Assembly: GCA_947501605.1 (NCBI GenBank)
Contig: CANMWZ010000044.1
Coordinates: 1 to 33,013, forward strand
DNA: 33,013 bases
Direction: 5' to 3'
From: Planctomycetota bacterium
Lineage (GTDB): Bacteria; Planctomycetota; UBA1135; UBA2386
Shown: positions 27,777 through 33,013 of the stretch, in pieces
How the letters are laid out: every line of letters starts with the position of its first letter
How positions within the stretch are numbered: the stretch's first letter is position 1
Notes under the pieces: model-generated
Told to the model about the DNA's origin: nothing
The model's database searches: none
The model's input: the letters and a program-made list of their open reading frames with translations, nothing else
Program-made: the position numbers and the translations under genes

Positions 27777-29206
27777 GTGCGCCCGCGGTGATCGACGCGG
27801 ATGTCGGCATCGTCGGTGCCGGGCCCGGCGGCATGGCCGCCGCGCTGCGGCTCGCGGATGCGGGGCTCGCGGTCGTAGTGCTCGACGAGGGCATGCGGCC
27901 CGGCGGTCAGATCTTTCGCCAGTTGCCGGCGGGCTTCGTGTCGACCGCGCATCCGTCCGAGCCGCCGAGCCATCAGCAGGGTCACGAACTCCTGCGCAAG
28001 CTCCAGCGCAGCAAGGTCCGCGTCGAAGCGCGCGCGACAGTTTGGGACGCGGCGGCCCCGACCGGCCCAGGTCCTGTGCCGCACACGGGTGCCGCTGCAC
28101 AGGCGGGCAAGTTGTGGTTCGAACAAGATGGCGCGTCGCGGCTGCTGCGCTGCAAGGCGATCGTGTTGGCTCCCGGTGCCTACGACCGCTGTGTGCCGTT
28201 CCCAGGTTGGACCTTGCCTGCTGTCATCACGCTCGGTGCAGCGCAGGTGATGGTCCGCGGCTTTGCGATTGCGCCGGGCACGCGCGCGGTCGTCGCCGGC
28301 AGCGGACCACTGCTGTTGCCGACGGTCACCGCGATGCTGGCTGCCGGCGTCGAGGTGGTGGCCGCCCTCGAAGCCGCGCCGCGGCTGGCAGTGCTGGCTG
28401 CGATCCCCGGTGTGCTGCGCAGCGGTGCGCGGCTGCGCGAAGCGTTTTGGTACGCGCGGCAGCTACTGAAGGCGGGCGTCCGCTTGAAGTTCGGCCACGC
28501 GGTGTTCGCCGTCGAAGGCAACGGTCGCGTCGAGCGTGCAGTGATCGGCAAGGTCGATGCCGCGGGCATGCCGCTGCGGCACACTGCGCGCACGGTCGAG
28601 GCCGATGTCGTTTGCACTGGCTTTGGTCTCGTGCCCTCGATCGAAATCGGCCAGAAGCTCGGCTGTGCCACGGTGTGGAACGAGACCAGTGGCGGTTGGT
28701 GCCTCGAGGCCGGTCCCTTTGGTCAGACCTCGGTGCAGAACGTCTTTGCTGCGGGCGAGATCGCTGGCATCGGCGGCAGCGAGGTCGCGATCGCCGACGG
28801 CGAAGCGGTCGCCGGCCTCATCGTTGCCAACTTGCGGGGCGCACCAGCGCCGCTGCCGCTCAGTTCCCGGCGCCAGTCCGCACGTTCGGCTGCATTTGCC
28901 ATGCTGCGAGCGTTCCATGTTCGCCCGGGCCTGTTCTCGCTGGCTCAGCCCGACACGATCGTCTGTCGCTGTGAAGACGTGACGGTGCAGTCCGCACGGG
29001 CCGCGGCCTTGGTGCACGGGTCCACGTTGCGCGGGATCAAGATGGGGTGTCGCGCCGGCATGGGGCCGTGCCAGGGTCGTCTTTGCACTCCCAATGTACA
29101 GGCGCTGGCGAGCTCTGTCGGGGCTGCAAAGTGGGACCTTCCGACCGTGCAGGTGCCATTGAAGCCAGTGGCGACTGCGACGATCCTCGACGCGCCGAAG
29201 GGCTGA
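27773..29206 (+). CDS. FAD/NAD(P)-binding oxidoreductase with BFD-like 2Fe-2S domain (HcnB/OoxA-like)
   Basis: GTGA overlap; VGAGPGGM, GGQIFR, PFPGWTLP, CRCEDV, RAGMGPCQGRLC. Confidence 0.88.
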   Translation: MSAPAVIDADVGIVGAGPGGMAAALRLADAGLAVVVLDEGMRPGGQIFRQLPAGFVSTAHPSEPPSHQQGHELLRKLQRSKVRVEARATVWDAAAPTGPGPVPHTGAAAQAGKLWFEQDGASRLLRCKAIVLAPGAYDRCVPFPGWTLPAVITLGAAQVMVRGFAIAPGTRAVVAGSGPLLLPTVTAMLAAGVEVVAALEAAPRLAVLAAIPGVLRSGARLREAFWYARQLLKAGVRLKFGHAVFAVEGNGRVERAVIGKVDAAGMPLRHTARTVEADVVCTGFGLVPSIEIGQKLGCATVWNETSGGWCLEAGPFGQTSVQNVFAAGEIAGIGGSEVAIADGEAVAGLIVANLRGAPAPLPLSSRRQSARSAAFAMLRAFHVRPGLFSLAQPDTIVCRCEDVTVQSARAAALVHGSTLRGIKMGCRAGMGPCQGRLCTPNVQALASSVGAAKWDLPTVQVPLKPVATATILDAPKG

Positions 29207-29260
29207 GGCGCTCACCGGCTTGCGTGCGCTGCATGGAGCGCGCGGCTATAACGCCGCGCC

Positions 29261-30049
29261 ATGAAGCTCCTGCGCTCGCTCGCGTTCCTGTCCCTGTTCG
29301 TGTTTTCAGCCTGTTCGTCGACCGTGAGGATCGAGAAGCCCGTGGTCGATCAGGCCCCGCCCCCAGTCGCCGCCAAGGGCGACACGGACTCGGTCGAAGA
29401 CAAGGTGACGCAGCTCAACAAGGAGACCCGCAAGAAGGAGCGCGAACTCAGCTATGCCAGTGCCAGCAGAGGGACTTCTGGTCTGGAGCGGCAACTGCGC
29501 ACGATGACGTGCGAGGCCGAAGTGCACAGCGCCGAGCTGGCGCTGGTGAAGGCCCAGACGGATCTCGAGCAGCACCTGAAGGAGACTGCGCCGCGCGAAC
29601 TCGAGGAGCACCGCATGCGTCTCGATCAGCAGACCTACCGCGCCGAGGAAGCCAAGGACGAGCTCGCCGAGCTCGAGTCGATGTACGAGGCCGACGAGTT
29701 TGCCAAGGCCACCAAGGAACTTGTGATCAAGCGTGGCCGCCGACAGATGGAGATGGCGGACCGGGGCCTCGCGATTGCGCGCCGCGAGTTTGTCGAGTTC
29801 GAATCGCACACCATGCCACAGCAAGAACGCGAGCTGCGCCAGAAGCTGGCCGACGCCGAGCGCGCGCGGGAAAAGGCTCGGCTCGAGATCGACAAGATGC
29901 GGCTGGAGCAAGAGCTCGCGGCGCGTCAAGAGGACGACAGGACCAACGACCTGCAGGAAGAAGCGAATGAACTGCGTCAGAAGCTGGAAAAGGCAATGCG
30001 CGAAGCGACGGGGACGAAGGAAAAGGCGATCACTGAGGCGGCCAAGTGA
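29261..30049 (+). CDS. Coiled-coil lipoprotein
   Basis: Lipobox VFSAC; highly charged heptad-rich helical sequence; GTGA overlap with the next gene. Confidence 0.8.
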   Translation: MKLLRSLAFLSLFVFSACSSTVRIEKPVVDQAPPPVAAKGDTDSVEDKVTQLNKETRKKERELSYASASRGTSGLERQLRTMTCEAEVHSAELALVKAQTDLEQHLKETAPRELEEHRMRLDQQTYRAEEAKDELAELESMYEADEFAKATKELVIKRGRRQMEMADRGLAIARREFVEFESHTMPQQERELRQKLADAERAREKARLEIDKMRLEQELAARQEDDRTNDLQEEANELRQKLEKAMREATGTKEKAITEAAK

Positions 30050-31236
30050 GCGCACGATTCGCAGTAGCCGCAGCGCTCGCATTCGGTGTGGCGGTGGTTC
30101 CGTGTGTCCGTGGGCAGGAGGATGGTCGCATCGTGCAGGAAAAGGCGAAGGCCGCGGCGGTGCTGCCGTCGGCCGCCGATCCGAGTGTCGAAGCCGCTCG
30201 TGCCGGCACGGATCGCGCGCTGGCGTTCTTGGTTGCGACGCAAAACCAGGATGGATCGTGGGGGTCGCATTCGGCCGACAGCCAGTTTGACGCCGGGTTC
30301 GCCACCGAGACTTACTACTGCTTCCAGATGGGGGCGCACTGTCTTGCTGTGCTCGCGTTGCGGCGCGCGCCGGAGACGCAGGAGCGGCGTGCGGCGCTCG
30401 ACAAGGGCGTGCGCTGGCTCGTGACCACGGCGCTGCCGATGCGCGGCAGCAACTGGGACAACGACGCCGTTTGGGCCTGGCTCTACGGCACTGTCGCCGC
30501 GACCGAGCTTCAGGGCGATCCGCGCTTCCAGAGCGACGAATGGCGCGCGCCGGTAGTGCAGCGCGGCAAGGAGTTCGTGCACTGGTTGGAGCGCAACCAA
30601 GTGCCCGGCGGCGGCTTTGGCTACTACGACGATCCCACCTTCTCGCGGCGGCCAAAGTGGGCAACGAGTTTTTCGACCAGTGCCGTGCTGCCAGCGCTCG
30701 GCGTCGCGATGCAGCTTGGTTGGTGCTCTGATCCCGACACCGCGGAGCGAGCCTCGAGTTACATCCGTCGGTGCCGCTTGCCGAGTGGCGCCTACGAGTA
30801 CGACCTCAATCCGATCCCGCGCGTCCACGGCGGCGAGGAGATCAACAACGTGCGCGGCAGCCTGGGTCGCATCCAAGTCAGCAACTGGGCGCTGCACCAG
30901 TTCGGCGACAAGGACACCACGGTCGATCGGATCCGCACCGGGGTCGAGCAGTTTTTCGAGCACCACCGCTTCCTCGCCGTCGCGCGCATGCGACCAGTGC
31001 CGCACGAGGCCTATTACGCCAACGCTGGCTACTTCTTTTACTTCGGCCACTTCTACTGCAGTCAGACGATCGAACTGCTGCCGGAGGCCGAACGCGAGGG
31101 CTTCCACGTGCAGTTGCGCGAGAAGCTGCTGCTGACGCAGCGCCGCGATGGTTCGTTTTGCGACTTCCAAGGGACGAGCTACATGACGACATCTTCGACC
31201 GCATTTGCCGCGATGGCTCTGCTGGCTGGGCTGTAG
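30046..31236 (+). CDS. Secreted prenyltransferase/squalene-cyclase repeat (alpha/alpha toroid) protein
   Basis: Signal peptide; QW-type repeats L...QNQDGSW, L...[26 protein letters not shown]. Confidence 0.75.
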   Translation: MSARFAVAAALAFGVAVVPCVRGQEDGRIVQEKAKAAAVLPSAADPSVEAARAGTDRALAFLVATQNQDGSWGSHSADSQFDAGFATETYYCFQMGAHCLAVLALRRAPETQERRAALDKGVRWLVTTALPMRGSNWDNDAVWAWLYGTVAATELQGDPRFQSDEWRAPVVQRGKEFVHWLERNQVPGGGFGYYDDPTFSRRPKWATSFSTSAVLPALGVAMQLGWCSDPDTAERASSYIRRCRLPSGAYEYDLNPIPRVHGGEEINNVRGSLGRIQVSNWALHQFGDKDTTVDRIRTGVEQFFEHHRFLAVARMRPVPHEAYYANAGYFFYFGHFYCSQTIELLPEAEREGFHVQLREKLLLTQRRDGSFCDFQGTSYMTTSSTAFAAMALLAGL

Positions 31237-31259
31237 CCACGACACCCGCCGACTGTGAC

Positions 31260-31646
31260 ATGACGACGCCCACCACCAACGATCTGCAGCAGATTGCGCA
31301 GAAGCTCGGCATCCCGAGCGCCAAGCGCCACCTGTTCCTCTGTTGCGATGCCAAGAAGGCCAAGTGCTGCGACCCCATCGAGGGGCAGAAGGCTTGGGAC
31401 TACCTGAAGCGGCGACTGAAGGAACTCGGTCTCAGCGAGCAGGGTGGAATCCAACGCAGCAAGGCTGATTGCCTGCGCGTGTGCACCGGCGGTCCAATCG
31501 CGGTTGTGTACCCAGAGGGTGCCTGGTACCACGGCTGCTCGGAGAAGGTGTTGGAGGAGATCCTCCAACAGCACCTCATCGGCGGCCGGGTCGTGCGCGA
31601 GCACCTGATCACCGAGCGCCCACTCGGCGGCGGCTCCGACGCATAG
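31260..31646 (+). CDS. Thioredoxin-like [2Fe-2S] ferredoxin
   Basis: RHLFLCC...[23 protein letters not shown]...HL.GG. Confidence 0.9.
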   Translation: MTTPTTNDLQQIAQKLGIPSAKRHLFLCCDAKKAKCCDPIEGQKAWDYLKRRLKELGLSEQGGIQRSKADCLRVCTGGPIAVVYPEGAWYHGCSEKVLEEILQQHLIGGRVVREHLITERPLGGGSDA

Positions 31647-31670
31647 CCAACGCGTCAGCGCCGCGCTGCG

Positions 31671-32051
31671 TCAGTGCTCCGTGTGATTGGACTCCGTGTG
31701 CCGCGACTCGGCCTGGCGGGGCGTGCGTGTGCGATCGAGCAGTGGTGCGTCCGCCAATCTCGCAATCGCGGCCATCGTGGCCTCGAGCTCCGCTTCGGTC
31801 GCGACCTTTCGCGTGCGGCCGACTACCTGACCGCGCTTGTCGTGCAAGACGGCAAAGTGGCCGTCATCACCCTGGTGGCGCGCCCAACGGTCGCCGGCGC
31901 GGACCGACTCGCGCGCATGCTGAACCTCGAGTTGGACGGTGACCTTGCCATGGTTCGGCAGGCCATCGAGCACGGCCTGGCCTGCGTTATCGAACAACCG
32001 GAACACGAAGCGCTCGTGCCCCTCCTGATGGATCTCGTATCGGGCGGTCAT
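31671..32051 (-). CDS. YegP/DUF1508 family protein (tandem domains)
   Basis: ATG 32051 with GGAGG RBS; RYEI....RFVFRL....GQ.VL repeated as HFAVL.DKRGQVVGRT. Confidence 0.7.
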   Translation of the reverse strand: MTARYEIHQEGHERFVFRLFDNAGQAVLDGLPNHGKVTVQLEVQHARESVRAGDRWARHQGDDGHFAVLHDKRGQVVGRTRKVATEAELEATMAAIARLADAPLLDRTRTPRQAESRHTESNHTEH

Positions 32052-32291
32052 GGAACATCCTCCGGGACACGCGACGGCTGCGCGATGGGCGATGTTCCGT
32101 TCGAGTGACGCAGTCGGGCAACATGGGGCAGGATTTGCTCGAATTACGGAAAACGGCGTGGGTGCCAGTGCGTAGCACACGGCCCCGCCGCGCCTTGGTG
32201 GCAGGTCTGGCGGCTCGCGGCGGGAGTCTGCTGCGATCCGTGCCGTCGGGCTCGACCGCGCGCCAGTCTCGCGCATACCCTGTTCGCCCCC

Positions 32292-33013
32292 ATGGCGGTG
32301 TCCACCAGCGCGAATTCCAAGAGTCAAGACGGCGCCATCGCGCGCGTGCTCGAGGACGTGTTCGGCCTCGATTCGCTGCGACCGCTGCAGGCCGAGGCCA
32401 TCGCGGCTGCCGTTCACGGACGCGATGCGCTCGTGGTCCTGCCGACCGGCGGCGGCAAGTCGTTGTGCTACCAGCTGCCGCCGCTGGTCACCGACCGGTT
32501 GACCATCGTCGTGTCGCCGTTGATCGCGCTGATGAAGGACCAGCTCGACGGCCTGCGGCTCCTGGGCTACCCGGCCGCCGCCGCGCACAGCAACCTGTCG
32601 CCGCAGGAGAAGCGCGACCTCAAGCGCGACCTCGAAGGCAACACGCTGCGCCTGTTGCTGGTGGCCCCTGAGCGCTTGTTCCTCGAAGGCTTCCTCGTGC
32701 AGTTGGCGCAGCTCGAGATCGGCGCCATCGCGATCGACGAAGCGCACTGCATCAGCCAGTGGGGGCACGACTTCCGCCCCGAGTACCGACGTCTCGCCGA
32801 GTTGCGCGAGGTGTTCCCCAACGTGCCGTTCCAAGCGTTCACGGCGACGGCGACGCCGCGCGTTCGCGACGACATCGTGCAGCAGTTGCAGCTGCGCGAG
32901 CCGGAAGTCCTGGTCGGCACCTTCGATCGGCCCAACCTGACCTATCGGGTGTTGCCGCGCGTCGATCTGGTCGATCAGGTCGCCGAAGCCGTGCAGCGCC
33001 ATCCGGACGCGGC
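32292..33013 (+). CDS. recQ: ATP-dependent DNA helicase RecQ (5' part, runs off window end)
   Basis: Absent from the ORF track because it has no stop in the window. Translation gives VFGLDSLRPLQ, LPTGGGKSLCYQLP, VVSPLIALMKDQ, AIDEAHCISQWGHDFRPEY, FTATAT, FDRPNL. Confidence 0.95.
   Translation, partial: MAVSTSANSKSQDGAIARVLEDVFGLDSLRPLQAEAIAAAVHGRDALVVLPTGGGKSLCYQLPPLVTDRLTIVVSPLIALMKDQLDGLRLLGYPAAAAHSNLSPQEKRDLKRDLEGNTLRLLLVAPERLFLEGFLVQLAQLEIGAIAIDEAHCISQWGHDFRPEYRRLAELREVFPNVPFQAFTATATPRVRDDIVQQLQLREPEVLVGTFDRPNLTYRVLPRVDLVDQVAEAVQRHPDA

Noticed and set aside
30046..31236. Squalene-hopene cyclase assignment
   Set aside because: Only about 400 aa, has a signal peptide and lacks the DxDD catalytic motif.
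32052..33002. N-terminal extension of the 443-aa minus ORF (31671-33002)
   Set aside because: Antisense to recQ; only the last 126 codons from ATG 32051, which has an RBS, look like a real protein.
1..33013. CRISPR arrays, tRNA/rRNA, IS elements, prophage or recognisable defence genes
   Set aside because: No regularly spaced repeats, transposase/integrase motifs or obvious compositional island seen by eye; short or novel RNAs cannot be excluded without covariance searches.

Overview
High-GC, gene-dense bacterial chromosomal segment. The gene content (an ECF sigma factor coupled to a Ser/Thr kinase, carboxypeptidase-regulatory-like repeat proteins, a secreted prenyltransferase-repeat protein, DUF3500) suggests Planctomycetota, which is an inference. 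About 27 CDSs are supported; I saw no rRNA, tRNA, CRISPR array or mobile element. Main blocks in order: (1) DUF3500 lipoprotein and a thioesterase; (2) an operon of a membrane-anchored helical/beta-sandwich protein, a CotH-kinase/beta-helix fusion, a VTC (polyphosphate polymerase-like) protein and a DUF4956 membrane protein, followed by an SdiA-regulated/YjiK-like lipoprotein; (3) ECF sigma, Ser/Thr kinase and a large repeat protein; (4) minus-strand xth and an ABC exporter, then a degenerate peptidase-like protein; (5) an atypical kinase divergent from an FHA-like/GAF/sigma54 activator; (6) a metallophosphoesterase coupled to a three-subunit D-hydroxyproline-dehydrogenase/HCN-synthase-type oxidoreductase; (7) a coiled-coil lipoprotein, a prenyltransferase-repeat protein and a ferredoxin; (8) a yegP-like gene divergent from a truncated recQ. 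The best candidate for an undescribed system is block 2, hypothesised to be a polyphosphate-fuelled extracytoplasmic phosphorylation system acting on a glycan or protein. Several genes also appear to be leaderless. All family calls come from motif recognition, not database searches.
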